A stretch of DNA of 64,000 bases from the NCBI GenBank assembly GCA_016929235.1, contig JAFGJD010000004.1, positions 171,164 to 235,163 on the forward strand, read 5' to 3'. Below are positions 16,390 to 26,098 of this stretch, piece by piece. Source of the stretch: Candidatus Babeliales bacterium. GTDB lineage: Bacteria > Babelota > Babeliae > Babelales > JABCYS01. A model generated the notes under the pieces. It was given only the letters and a program-made list of their open reading frames with translations. It had not been told where the DNA came from and ran no database searches. The position numbers and the translations under genes were made by a program. Positions within the stretch are counted from its first letter, which is position 1; each line of letters begins with the position of its first letter.

Positions 16390-18675
16390 CTAGGCCATAC
16401 GATCTAGTTCTATTAAGGCATTCCGAGCAATTTGTTTAAGTTCTGCAGGTAATTCGCGATGATTCAATGCTCGGTTGAGAATAAATCGGGCTTGCTGGTA
16501 GTTACCAGTTTTGGTATGGCATGCTGCAATTCTTAGATCAATATGCTGGAGCTTTTCCTCCAAAGATTTCGCTTTCTCGAAGCATTCAAGCGCCTCAGTG
16601 ATTTCATTAAGATTAAAATGACATTCTGCAAGATTGTTGTATCCGAGCGCATGGTTTGGTTGTAACGATAAGAGCATTGCATAGCATTGTTTTGCTTCAA
16701 AATACTCCTGCTTTGAAAAGTGATAATTGCCAAGATTGAGAGCTGCTTGGGTTTTGATTGAAATGACGCCCTCATTCGCGGGAGCTTTGAATGTGAGAAT
16801 GTGACGTAAAATATGTGAGACTTCTTCTTTGCGATCAAGAATCATAGCCATGATAGCGTATTCATTCCATCCAAAAATATTTAGGTCAAAATCTGCTTCG
16901 GTACACGCTTTTCTGAATGAGTCATATGCTTTTTCAAAGAGCTCTTTTTGTTGGCCTTTGTCAGAGACGGTTTGTGCCCAAAATTTATATGCACGTCCCT
17001 GATTATAATAAGCCTTTCCATAATGTGGTCGAACTCTAAAGGCTCCTTCTAATGCATTAATTGCTTCAGGATATCGCTTTTGTTTAATGAAAAATGAACC
17101 GAGATTATTGTACCCTTCTGGGTAAGATGGATTTATTTCCAAGCTTTGCCGTAATGTGTCAATTGCTGCATCCATGCGTCCTAGATGAGAGTAGGAAACG
17201 GCAAGATTATTGAGTGGGTCAGAATATAAGTGATCCATTTTGTATGCTTTTTTGAAATAAGGAACTGCTTCTGCAAACTTATTCTGGTCTGCGAGGGCAA
17301 CTCCAAAATTATTATATGCACGGGCTCGTTTTGGCGCGACCTTCAAAATAGCTCCCCAAAATTCTTCTTTGGTTCGCCAGACTTTATTACGCTCTAATGT
17401 TGCAAAACTTAGCGGCAATGCAAGGCATGATGCGATGACGGCCAGGAACGATGGCTTTGCAAATTGTCTTTCTGAAAAGTGGCCAATTTTTTTGATAACG
17501 AATACAATTCCGGCTGCTATAAGTAAAAGCCAACCAACAGATCCAAGATATGTTTTATAATCGGCTAGAAGTTCTGGTGTTGGAATAATACTTGCGCGGG
17601 GTAGGATACTGATAAAGAACCAAATTAAGCCAAATGCAATAACATTCGCCTTATTGCGATAGAGAAGATAAAGAATAAAGGCCCCGATAATCAGCAGGAT
17701 TAAAAATGGTCCAATACAGTCTGGCGCAAAGAAGTTATCAACAAGCATCCAATCGTAATCAACACTAATATTGAATGGCCACACAAAGATCCAGAGATAA
17801 TGAAGGATTACTTTGAATTCTGAAATGAAATAATGCAGCGGATAGATTTTGTCTGTTCGCTCTGTGGTAATCATGTTTCCAACATTATTATCTGCATGTG
17901 TTTGAAGGGTTGCAATATCGGTAAAGAATTTCGGTCGTAGATAATAGACAAACCAATAGATTACGATGCTAAAGACAATGGCATGAATCCATAAACGTTT
18001 TTTGAATGACATCCAATTGCCTTGAGCAACAAAAAACCAATCAGTAGCGATGATCAGGAGCGGCGAAATGATGGTGGATTCCTTGGCGCCTGTTGAGAAT
18101 GCTGCAAGAGCAAATAAAAGGCCAGTTAATAACCACCTCATGATTCCATTTTGTACATAGCAACGTGCTAAAAATGTTACGGCCATTCCGACAACTAGTA
18201 GCCCTGCGACACCTTCCATGCGGCCTTGAATCACATATGAAACAGTTTGTGTTTGAGTAGGGTGCAAGAGAAATAAAATGCTTGTAACAAGTGCAATAAG
18301 GAATGCGTTTTTTTTGAAAAATGATGATGCTTTGAGATTAGAGAGCCCAAGGACTGCAAACAAAAATACGAGGATGGAACTTATGATATGGATGATAACA
18401 TTGAAGATCCTAAAGTAGTACGGGTTCTCTCCACCCATTCCAAAATTCACAGAGTTGAGCCATAGACCAATCCAGCGGGCACCAGCGAAAAATTGGTTAT
18501 AAAGATTGAGTTCACGTATTTGATAGAATTTTTTTATGTTTGCGTCATCATCAAATTGGAATGGATAGTGAAGTGATGGGTAATAAGTAATGATGCCTGC
18601 GATAACTAAACCTATGATAGGTACTAACCAGTGATAGAGTGTCAGTCTGGATGCCAATGATTCTTTTCTACTCAT
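16390..18675 (-). CDS. multi-pass membrane protein with C-terminal TPR repeats (TMTC/DUF1736-like putative glycosyltransferase)
   Basis: About 11 TM helices in the N-terminal 450 aa, then repeated TPR units (..AYNNFGVALADQNKFAEAVPYFKKA..). ATG 18675 is preceded by AAGGAG. The listed ORF extends to 18747. Confidence 0.75.
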   Translation of the reverse strand: MSRKESLASRLTLYHWLVPIIGLVIAGIITYYPSLHYPFQFDDDANIKKFYQIRELNLYNQFFAGARWIGLWLNSVNFGMGGENPYYFRIFNVIIHIISSILVFLFAVLGLSNLKASSFFKKNAFLIALVTSILFLLHPTQTQTVSYVIQGRMEGVAGLLVVGMAVTFLARCYVQNGIMRWLLTGLLFALAAFSTGAKESTIISPLLIIATDWFFVAQGNWMSFKKRLWIHAIVFSIVIYWFVYYLRPKFFTDIATLQTHADNNVGNMITTERTDKIYPLHYFISEFKVILHYLWIFVWPFNISVDYDWMLVDNFFAPDCIGPFLILLIIGAFILYLLYRNKANVIAFGLIWFFISILPRASIIPTPELLADYKTYLGSVGWLLLIAAGIVFVIKKIGHFSERQFAKPSFLAVIASCLALPLSFATLERNKVWRTKEEFWGAILKVAPKRARAYNNFGVALADQNKFAEAVPYFKKAYKMDHLYSDPLNNLAVSYSHLGRMDAAIDTLRQSLEINPSYPEGYNNLGSFFIKQKRYPEAINALEGAFRVRPHYGKAYYNQGRAYKFWAQTVSDKGQQKELFEKAYDSFRKACTEADFDLNIFGWNEYAIMAMILDRKEEVSHILRHILTFKAPANEGVISIKTQAALNLGNYHFSKQEYFEAKQCYAMLLSLQPNHALGYNNLAECHFNLNEITEALECFEKAKSLEEKLQHIDLRIAACHTKTGNYQQARFILNRALNHRELPAELKQIARNALIELDRMA

Positions 18676-18824
18676 CAGGAACTCCTTTGTCTGATTGACA
18701 TGAGGGTAGTCTACTGAGAGGGTTTTGTTTGTCGAGGATTGATTCATTGACCGGGTACACCGGATCTTATACGATATTTTTGATAGAATCCTTTCTCAAA
18801 GCTTATTTTAGAAATGGGTGATGT

Positions 18825-19532
18825 ATGAATTTAAAGACGGCAGGATTACTCAGTTCCTTTATTTCCTCAGCAATTGCTTATGTCGTTGCTGTTGTTGTGA
18901 GTGGTTATATCCAAGCATGGTTTTCAAAAAAACTTGGTGATGATACCGCAGAGCGCCATGGCTTTTTATCTTTGAATCCAATGATCCATATTGATGTTAT
19001 TGGGTTTATTGTCTTTATCTGGACGGGATATATTGGATGGGGAACAATCGTTCCTATTAATCCACAAAATTTTTCTGGAAAGTATAAACAGCTTGAGTTT
19101 GCGTTAGTGCATTTTAGTCGGCCATTAGCAAATTTGTTCTGTGCATTTATCGTGTTATTTATGACAGTTGTATTTTTTGGTGGGCTTACATTGCCTATTC
19201 CTCAACCTCACCTGGTGGCAACTATGACACCGCTTGCCAATGCTCTTAAATTGATACTAGCAAAGACGGCCTTACTCAATATTTCATTTGCAGCATATAG
19301 TGTACTTATGTCGTTGGTTTATATGGTGCTCCCTTGGTTTGCTCGTAAAACCACGGCGTCATGGATGTTTAGTGATGTGTTGTTCTTGATTGTAATGTTT
19401 TTTGCATTGATCGCGTTTTGGGAGCCGCTCATGCATATTTTTTGGATGATTATCATGGGTCTTGAAATTATGGTGTGGAAGATATGGTCGGGACTTCTTT
19501 CACTTTTTGGGCTTATGAAACTCTATCGATAA
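18825..19532 (+). CDS. M50 site-2-protease-like membrane protein lacking the HExxH motif
   Basis: The segment ..SGYIQAWFSKKLGDDTAERHGFLSLNPMIHIDVIGF..VPINPQNF matches the YwhC/M50 pattern HEFAHA...LGD.TA...GRLTLNP..HIDP.G...VPVNP. HExxH is replaced by SGYIQ. Confidence 0.65.
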   Translation: MNLKTAGLLSSFISSAIAYVVAVVVSGYIQAWFSKKLGDDTAERHGFLSLNPMIHIDVIGFIVFIWTGYIGWGTIVPINPQNFSGKYKQLEFALVHFSRPLANLFCAFIVLFMTVVFFGGLTLPIPQPHLVATMTPLANALKLILAKTALLNISFAAYSVLMSLVYMVLPWFARKTTASWMFSDVLFLIVMFFALIAFWEPLMHIFWMIIMGLEIMVWKIWSGLLSLFGLMKLYR

Positions 19533-19544
19533 CGAAAGTAATTC

Positions 19545-20729
19545 ATGAAGGCTTTAGAAATTATAAAAAAGAATGCAGTGCAGATTTTGCCTGAGCAGGA
19601 ATTAGAAAAAAAACTTAAAAGCCAAAAAAAGCTTAAAATTAAATTGGGTATGGATCCAACGGCTCCAGATCTTCATCTTGGACATGCGGTGGTATTGCGT
19701 AAGATGCGTGAATTTCAAGACCTTGGGCATGATGTGATTTTTTTGGTCGGCGACTTTACGGCACGGATTGGTGATCCAACCGGTCGTTCCAAAACACGTC
19801 CACCATTAACCGAAGAGGAGATCAAAAAAAATACACAAACATATTTTGAGCAGGTCAAAAAAATTCTTAATCCTAGTACGGTAACTATTCGTCATAATTC
19901 TGAATGGCTTGATCTTCTTCCAATAAAGGAAATGGTCAAACTATGTGCGAAAGTTACGCTTGCGCGACTTACCGAACGTGAAGATTTTGCGACACGTATC
20001 GTGAGCCAAACACCCATTGGATTTCACGAACTTTTATATCCACTTTTTCAGGGATATGACTCTGTTGCCTTAAAATCTGATGTTGAGTTGGGCGGCACGG
20101 ACCAAACGTTTAATCTACTGATGGGTCGGTTTTTACAAGAGCAATATGGGCAAGAGCCCCAGGTAATTCTTACTATGCCACTCCTTCGTGGGCTTGATGG
20201 TATAAATAAGATGTCTAAATCACTGGGGAATGCCGTGGGGATTGATGAACCTGCAGACCAGGCATATGGCAAATTAATGTCGATCTCAGATGAGCTTATG
20301 TGGCATTATTTTGGACTGCTGCTTAATAAAACATCTCAGGAGATCGAGAGTATGAAACATACAGTTGTGGATGGTTCACGTCATCCTATGGATCTCAAAA
20401 AACAGATGGCGCACGGTATCATTGAAGCGTTTTGGTCCAAAAAAGATGCCGATGCTGCACAAGAGCAGTTTGAGGCTGTCTTTCAAAAACGGGATTATTC
20501 AAAGGCGCAACAAGTGGCTTTTGCTCGAGGAACAGACAACCCCTTGTGGATTATTGATTTTCTCCGTCTTTTTGGCGCAATTACTACATCTTCAGAAGGG
20601 CGACGACTTATCCAAGCAGGTGCTGTTTCTATCGATGGTGAGGTGATCAAAGATTTCAAGGCACAGGTTTTCTGGAGATCTGGCATGCATGTGAAGGCTG
20701 GAAAACATAAGATTTATACGATCAAATAA
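19545..20729 (+). CDS. tyrS: tyrosine--tRNA ligase
   Basis: HIGH-type PDLHLGHAV, KMSKSLGN, and a C-terminal S4-like domain. 394 aa. Confidence 0.95.
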   Translation: MKALEIIKKNAVQILPEQELEKKLKSQKKLKIKLGMDPTAPDLHLGHAVVLRKMREFQDLGHDVIFLVGDFTARIGDPTGRSKTRPPLTEEEIKKNTQTYFEQVKKILNPSTVTIRHNSEWLDLLPIKEMVKLCAKVTLARLTEREDFATRIVSQTPIGFHELLYPLFQGYDSVALKSDVELGGTDQTFNLLMGRFLQEQYGQEPQVILTMPLLRGLDGINKMSKSLGNAVGIDEPADQAYGKLMSISDELMWHYFGLLLNKTSQEIESMKHTVVDGSRHPMDLKKQMAHGIIEAFWSKKDADAAQEQFEAVFQKRDYSKAQQVAFARGTDNPLWIIDFLRLFGAITTSSEGRRLIQAGAVSIDGEVIKDFKAQVFWRSGMHVKAGKHKIYTIK

Positions 20730-20821
20730 TGCCTCTCGTTGGAATGTCTTTCAGAAAAGTGCTACAGTAGGACTTACCTGACGTTTTCCTTTTAGAAATG
20801 TTGTGTTCGATGAGGCAGAGT

Positions 20822-21574
20822 ATGTCACAGGATTTTTTGCGTTTGCATAATCTCAAAAAGTATTACTACGCCAATGGGCGCGTTACTAAGGCACTTGATG
20901 GTGTATCATTTTCCATCGGAGCTGGCGAGATTATGTCGTTGCTCGGTGTAAACGGTGCGGGCAAAACAACGCTTTCTGCATTACTCATTACATTGACTCG
21001 ACCAACGGACGGGGATATAACGTGCAATGGGGTTTCTATCTACAAAGATATTCCCGCGTTTCGCAAACTAGTTGGTTTTTGTCCGCAAAAGCCCAATCTT
21101 AATGAAGACTTAACAATAGAACAGTTACTCTGGTTCTCCGGAAAATATTATGGACTTCCTGAGGCAAGGTTGAAGGAACGCATGGAGCATTTGCTTGATG
21201 CGTATTCGTTGCAACCATATCGCACATCAAAACCTGACGTATTGTCAGGGGGTTATGCGCGGCGGGTGCTTATTGCACGCGCCTTGATTCACGATCCCAA
21301 GCTTCTTGTTCTCGATGAGCCGACCGTTGGGCTTGATCCTCATATTCGACACCAGCTCTGGGAAAATATTCGTGATCTCAAAAAACAGGGAGTTTCTGTT
21401 TTGTTAACGACGCACTACCTAGATGAGGCAGATGTGCTTTCAGATCGTGTATGTATTTTGGATAAGGGCAAGTTAAAGCTTATTGACACCCCAAGTAACC
21501 TGAAAGCAATGCATAACAAGAGTACGCTTGAATCATTATTTATAACTCTCATGAATGAAGAACCTAAGGATTAG
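20822..21574 (+). CDS. ABC transporter ATP-binding protein
   Basis: Walker A GVNGAGKTT, signature LSGGYARRV, Walker B LLVLDEPT. Start chosen at the third ATG (MSQDFLRLHNLKKYY); the listed ORF starts at 20798. Confidence 0.9.
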   Translation: MSQDFLRLHNLKKYYYANGRVTKALDGVSFSIGAGEIMSLLGVNGAGKTTLSALLITLTRPTDGDITCNGVSIYKDIPAFRKLVGFCPQKPNLNEDLTIEQLLWFSGKYYGLPEARLKERMEHLLDAYSLQPYRTSKPDVLSGGYARRVLIARALIHDPKLLVLDEPTVGLDPHIRHQLWENIRDLKKQGVSVLLTTHYLDEADVLSDRVCILDKGKLKLIDTPSNLKAMHNKSTLESLFITLMNEEPKD

Positions 21575-21584
21575 TAGGAAGCTC

Positions 21585-22379
21585 ATGCAGAATCGCATTC
21601 AACAATATGCTGCTGTTATGTGGCAGCTTCTTAAAACGGACTTTGTGGTATTTCGACAGAATTTTCTAGATGATGTTATCAATATTTTTGTTTGGTTAGT
21701 AAGTTTCGTAGCGATTGTGGCACATATCTATCCTAAGATGGGACTTACCAGTTCCTTTGGTATGTTGTTTGCATTTTCTATGATGGCAGGCGAAAGTTAT
21801 TGGCGTATTTGGAATAGTAGCTTCTTACTTATTGATGATCTTGAGGGAAAGCGAATCATTGATTATTACTGTACATTGCCGATTCCATCTTGGATGGTCT
21901 TTCTTAAGGAAATTTTGGCATTTATGTACAAGAGTCTTATCTTTGGAGCCATAATGTTCCCAATCCTTCTTATACTTCTCGGGGACTATATGGTGTGGGA
22001 CTCCTTTTCTAGCATGAAACTTATTTTTATGTTTCTTGCTGCCACATGTTTTACTGCAACAATGTTTCTTTTCCTTTCGAGTTTTATCGTCGATCGCAAT
22101 AATCTCCGAAAGATTGGTATTCGTATTTTATTTCCATTATGGATGTCCGGCGCGGCTGAATTTCCATATAGGGTTATACAGGCAGCGCTTCCTACATGGG
22201 CTGGTTCATTACTCCTATTGAATCCAGTGATTTACCTTATGGAAGGAATGCATAATGCAACGCTTGGGCCTTCAGGCTTCTTCCCATTTTGGATCTGCAT
22301 GGTGGTTACTCTGTGCGTTTCAGTCGCATTTGGGATTGTTGGGATTATTCGATTTAAGCGACGGCTTGATCTTGTTTAA
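21585..22379 (+). CDS. ABC-2 type transporter permease
   Basis: Six hydrophobic helices directly after the ATPase gene. ATG 21585 follows AGGAAG. The alternative ATG 21555 overlaps the ATPase gene. Confidence 0.7.
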   Translation: MQNRIQQYAAVMWQLLKTDFVVFRQNFLDDVINIFVWLVSFVAIVAHIYPKMGLTSSFGMLFAFSMMAGESYWRIWNSSFLLIDDLEGKRIIDYYCTLPIPSWMVFLKEILAFMYKSLIFGAIMFPILLILLGDYMVWDSFSSMKLIFMFLAATCFTATMFLFLSSFIVDRNNLRKIGIRILFPLWMSGAAEFPYRVIQAALPTWAGSLLLLNPVIYLMEGMHNATLGPSGFFPFWICMVVTLCVSVAFGIVGIIRFKRRLDLV

Positions 22380-23595
22380 AGATGACCGAATTTTTCTCTG
22401 CGCAACTAGCAAGTTTTAAAAGCCTAAACGAATCAACTTTTCTATAAATTTCACCGTTAGCTTTCAGCAATTGTAGACTTGCGTTTTGACGATGTAATGC
22501 AACGAGTTCTTCTATTGAGTGAACTTTATACAAAACTTTATCCAGCGGTTGCTCAACGACCTTACCGTATCCAAGTGCATATCCACGCGCTCCAATTAGT
22601 GTGTTTTCTTCTGTATTAATAACAAAAAGCCCACCTGGGACCCAAAGAAGATCTCCGTTTTTAAGAAGTTCGTCTGGCTGTAGTGCGGTAAGATGCTGCG
22701 ATGCAATCAGAGTTGTTTTGAAAGGATAAGGTAATCCTGCTATTTGTGCCATGCGTAATATAAATGAAGACGCATCATAGCCAGAATGGGGTTGTTCTAT
22801 TTCATCCCTTGTCCATATTCCTGCCGTTTGATCCAAATAGGATACGTCTACGCATTGTGCTGGTTTATTGGCATACCAGTGACATAGGCTATTCCCACCC
22901 CAAGAAAATGGAATAACTTTATCTGGAGGGCAGCTTGTTAAGAGATTTTTAATTAATAGCATAAAGAGCTGTTGGGATTCTGGTAAGGTGCGAGCAAGTT
23001 GGGGTAAGCAGTGTCCTTTTGGAACGTGAATCATACGCACAGAGTTGGTTTTGAAATTGGGTACAACTAAGCAATATGTGATATCGGTATCCTCTGCTTC
23101 TTGTCGAATAAATTTGGTCCCTAAAGAATAGGTCTGGCCTACTTCTGTATCAGTGTAAGGCAAGGTTAGTGTAACTGTTTTTTTGGCAGCATCGCTAGAC
23201 GGGATTGCATCAATAACAATACCAGCTAATTGTGAAAGTGGCGTGAGATTTTTCTCGAGGACCCAATAACATTGTTCGAGGCCCCCTCCAGGATCTTGAT
23301 CATAATAAAGAGTTGGTATTCTGCACAATACTTGGCCATCTTTTCGTGTGACTATTTCAACCTGTTCATTATAGAGACCCTGATATCCACGAGGGCAATG
23401 ATAAGTTTGATGTTCTATTGATAATGGAAGAGCCGCTACCAATTCTTCAGCAGAAGTACTAGCGGCTACGGCTAGCTCGCTTGGTTCCCTAAATGTCATG
23501 TCTGCAACAGGAACAGTTATGACGGCCCACTCAGCACATAAAGAAGTTGTGACTAGAAAAGTTAGGCTTAACATTGTTTGAAATAACATTTTCAT
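22354..23595 (-). CDS. secreted NlpC/P60-like protein with substituted catalytic residues
   Basis: Signal peptide MKMLFQTMLSLTFLVTTSLCA. FSWGGNS matches the NlpC/P60 'YvWGG.s' motif. The expected GxDCSG is GYDASS and the expected His strand is GGLFVI. Confidence 0.55.
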   Translation of the reverse strand: MKMLFQTMLSLTFLVTTSLCAEWAVITVPVADMTFREPSELAVAASTSAEELVAALPLSIEHQTYHCPRGYQGLYNEQVEIVTRKDGQVLCRIPTLYYDQDPGGGLEQCYWVLEKNLTPLSQLAGIVIDAIPSSDAAKKTVTLTLPYTDTEVGQTYSLGTKFIRQEAEDTDITYCLVVPNFKTNSVRMIHVPKGHCLPQLARTLPESQQLFMLLIKNLLTSCPPDKVIPFSWGGNSLCHWYANKPAQCVDVSYLDQTAGIWTRDEIEQPHSGYDASSFILRMAQIAGLPYPFKTTLIASQHLTALQPDELLKNGDLLWVPGGLFVINTEENTLIGARGYALGYGKVVEQPLDKVLYKVHSIEELVALHRQNASLQLLKANGEIYRKVDSFRLLKLASCAEKNSVIFKQDQAVA

Positions 23596-23608
23596 GCTAT
23601 GACCTTTC

Positions 23609-24319
23609 TTACCAAACTGTACTAATTTGATGTTTTTGTTGGATTATTTTCTTGTGGAGTCTCTCAATTTCATCGATAAATGCAGCGACCTTTTTCGCGT
23701 GTGCCTTCATGATGGAAGGGTGCGCTTCGAATTCTTCGTTGCATTCCAAAACTAATACAGGGGTTTCTTTAAGCTCGGGAAGTACATTCTCTTTTTTAAT
23801 GAGAAATCGCTCATGGCAATCATGGATTTGTTCAAGGTATTTAAGCGGAATAGTTGTTTCTGAGCTTCGACCTCGTTTTGTTGTTCGCTCAAGTGATGTT
23901 GTGGGATCTGTCTTGAGGTAGATAAATCCTTGTGGAGTGGTGCACTTGTTCTTGACTAAAAAATGGAACCATTGATTATAGATATCCCATTCCATGCTGG
24001 TCATCAGTCCTGTTTCATAGCCATTGAGGGCAAAACAATAGTGCCCAGAATAGATTGAACGCTCTGCAATATGGTATGGGGATGGATGTACCTGTTCTTT
24101 CATGTGCTCTTGGACACGGCAGGCCATCGCAAAGGTTTCCATTGTATAAGCCCAACGGTGTGGATTTTTGTAGAAATATGCGAGAATCGATTCGCCGTGA
24201 GAGTCGCTTTGCCAGCTTTGTCGCGGTTCCAGTGTGACAGAGACGTACGGAAGATGCTCGGCAAGAAGATTTAAAAAGGTGGATTTTCCCGCTCCGATGT
24301 TACCTTCCACTATGTACAT
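23609..24319 (-). CDS. deoxynucleoside kinase
   Basis: N-terminal P-loop MYIVEGNIGAGKSTFLNLL, ERS-type motif (IAERSIYS) and a basic lid (..RTTKRGRSSE..), typical of dAK/dGK/dCK kinases. Confidence 0.85.
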   Translation of the reverse strand: MYIVEGNIGAGKSTFLNLLAEHLPYVSVTLEPRQSWQSDSHGESILAYFYKNPHRWAYTMETFAMACRVQEHMKEQVHPSPYHIAERSIYSGHYCFALNGYETGLMTSMEWDIYNQWFHFLVKNKCTTPQGFIYLKTDPTTSLERTTKRGRSSETTIPLKYLEQIHDCHERFLIKKENVLPELKETPVLVLECNEEFEAHPSIMKAHAKKVAAFIDEIERLHKKIIQQKHQISTVW

Positions 24320-24487
24320 ACATGCTCCTCTTCATCAAAAAACCACCGTAAACTTGGCGATCAGTATAGAGTAATGTCATAGTCATGACAAAAGAAAAAT
24401 CGAAGATAGTAAAGTCGGCTTGACAGGGGGGAGAAAGGTGTCAAACTTGCACCCATATTTTTCTGTTTTACCTCATAAAATCTAAGG

Positions 24488-25519
24488 ATGGCTATGAGAA
24501 AAATTGCAGTCTACATGCTTTATTTTGTGGCAGTATCTAGTCGGATTTTTCCCATACAAGAAACCCTTTTAACGATACCTTCAAGTGAAAACACATTGTG
24601 GCATATACAGAGGTCTGGAAACGAAAAGCAGACGATCTTTATGGAAAATTTTGAGCTTACGCGAGGTGCGACGCTTGCTATTGAGATTGAGGGAGATGGT
24701 CCGCTAGAAAAAGTGGTCTCACCCTTTCAGACCATTGAGGTGTACCAAACAAAGCCATTCGGGAAAATGCTCGTCAATGATGGCGTTATCATGCTGACCC
24801 AGTACGATAACTATGCCTACCATGAAATGATTGCGCACGTGCCGCTGATGTCACATCCTTACCCTAAAAGAGTATTGATTGTTGGTGGTGGAGACGGTGG
24901 AACATTGAAAGAGGTATTGAAGCATGGGTGTGTTGAAGAAGTTGTATTATGCGAGATTGATGAAGAAGTGATCAATATCTGTAAACGTCATTTTCCCGAA
25001 TTGACCAAAGCATATAATGATCCTCGAGTCACCATTGTTATCGATGATGCGGCTGCGTATGTTGCAACAAAAAAGGACTACTTTGATGTGATCTGTGTTG
25101 ATTCAACTGATCCGATTGGCCCAGGCATTGTTTTATTTGAAGTTCCTTTCTATGAAAACATGAGAGATGCCTTGACTGAAGATGGTATTGCTGTTGCACA
25201 GGGAGAATCAATGTATTATCACCGTGACGCCATTAAAGGCTGGGTAGATCGTAATAAATCTATTTTTCCCATATCACTGTACTACTACACTGTGATGCCG
25301 ACCTATCCAAGTGGTACCATTGGATTCCTGTTCTGTTCCAAGAAATATCGTCCATTGGAGTATACATGCGAAGATTGGTTTGAGCAGCGAGTTAAAGCAT
25401 TGCCTGATTTACATTACTATACAGAAGATGTGCATGCGGCATCGTTTATGCTTTTGAATGCTATGTCCAATGTCCAAAAAGTCGATGATCTTGATATCCT
25501 TGATATCGAATGGGATTAA
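24488..25519 (+). CDS. speE: spermidine synthase (polyamine aminopropyltransferase)
   Basis: Motifs ..SPFQTIEVYQT..FGKMLVNDGV..YHEMIAHVPL.., VLIVGGGDGGTLKEVLKH and DVICVDSTDPIGPG. The exact start is uncertain because of a hydrophobic N-terminal extension. Confidence 0.9.
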   Translation: MAMRKIAVYMLYFVAVSSRIFPIQETLLTIPSSENTLWHIQRSGNEKQTIFMENFELTRGATLAIEIEGDGPLEKVVSPFQTIEVYQTKPFGKMLVNDGVIMLTQYDNYAYHEMIAHVPLMSHPYPKRVLIVGGGDGGTLKEVLKHGCVEEVVLCEIDEEVINICKRHFPELTKAYNDPRVTIVIDDAAAYVATKKDYFDVICVDSTDPIGPGIVLFEVPFYENMRDALTEDGIAVAQGESMYYHRDAIKGWVDRNKSIFPISLYYYTVMPTYPSGTIGFLFCSKKYRPLEYTCEDWFEQRVKALPDLHYYTEDVHAASFMLLNAMSNVQKVDDLDILDIEWD

Positions 25520-25530
25520 CTAGGAAAGCA

Positions 25531-25560
25531 AAAGGAAGCGATTATTCGCTTCCTTTTTTA
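25531..25560. terminator. bidirectional stem-loop terminator between convergent genes
   Basis: AAAGGAAGCG (25531-25540) pairs perfectly with CGCTTCCTTT (25547-25556) around a 6-nt loop, followed by TTTA. Lies between the speE stop and the stop of the minus-strand gene. Confidence 0.7.
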
Positions 25561-25565
25561 GTGTG

Positions 25566-25979
25566 TTATTGTTGGACGTATTGCGCTTCTGGTTCAAAGG
25601 CAATGGCGAAATTTTTCCTACTGCGACGCAAAAACATATTCGTAAGTTTGTGAAGTGCATAGGTTGCTACGCCACATCCCAGTGTTATCAAGAACATATT
25701 TGTCGGAATATCGCCTAGACTGTTAAGCCGGCTACCAGTTAATGTGAGCGTTGCTCCAAGAAATGTGACTGAAGCAAACATCGCTTTAAATAAGGTTCCC
25801 ATGCCATATCCACTCAGATGCGCTGCTCCAAATAGCATAGCCCGGTCGCGCATACATTCTTCGTCCTCTGTTGGTCTGTGGACCACAACGATTTTTTCTG
25901 CGCGGGGTGAATGAATTCCGTAAGATAAGGATGACGCCAGAAGAGTCAGTGCAAGGCTGGAATATAAAGTAGATTTCAT
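25566..25979 (-). CDS. hypothetical membrane protein
   Basis: ATG 25979 is preceded by GGAGG. Signal/TM MKSTLYSSLALTLLASSLSYG plus three further hydrophobic segments. The listed ORF extends to 26054. Confidence 0.5.
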   Translation of the reverse strand: MKSTLYSSLALTLLASSLSYGIHSPRAEKIVVVHRPTEDEECMRDRAMLFGAAHLSGYGMGTLFKAMFASVTFLGATLTLTGSRLNSLGDIPTNMFLITLGCGVATYALHKLTNMFLRRSRKNFAIAFEPEAQYVQQ

Positions 25980-26052
25980 AATAACGACCTCCATGATGTT
26001 GATACATGCACATTGACGAAATTTCAGAATAGGTGCTCTGGAAGCGTTCGTC

Positions 26053-26081
26053 AAAAAATAGGGCCGGTATTGCCGGCCCTA
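26053..26081 (-). terminator. rho-independent terminator of the 26099-26620 gene
   Basis: 9-bp perfect stem TAGGGCCGG/CCGGCCCTA (26059-26081) with a 5-nt loop. The A6 run 26053-26058 is a U-tract on the minus strand. Lies 18 nt downstream of the stop. Confidence 0.7.
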
Positions 26082-26098
26082 TCGGTAAAATGGATATG

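Noticed and set aside
24420-24444. TTGACA-GGGGGG-...-TGTCAA inverted repeat with a G6 run upstream of speE
   Set aside because: The repeat is only 6 bp, there is no convincing -10 at the proper spacing, and G6 is too short to argue for a phase-variable spacer.
24488-24640. Apparent signal peptide/TM on spermidine synthase
   Set aside because: A membrane-anchored SpeE would be unusual. An in-frame TTG just before ..WHIQRS.. could be the real start, leaving a normal cytoplasmic enzyme. I cannot discriminate between the two from sequence alone.
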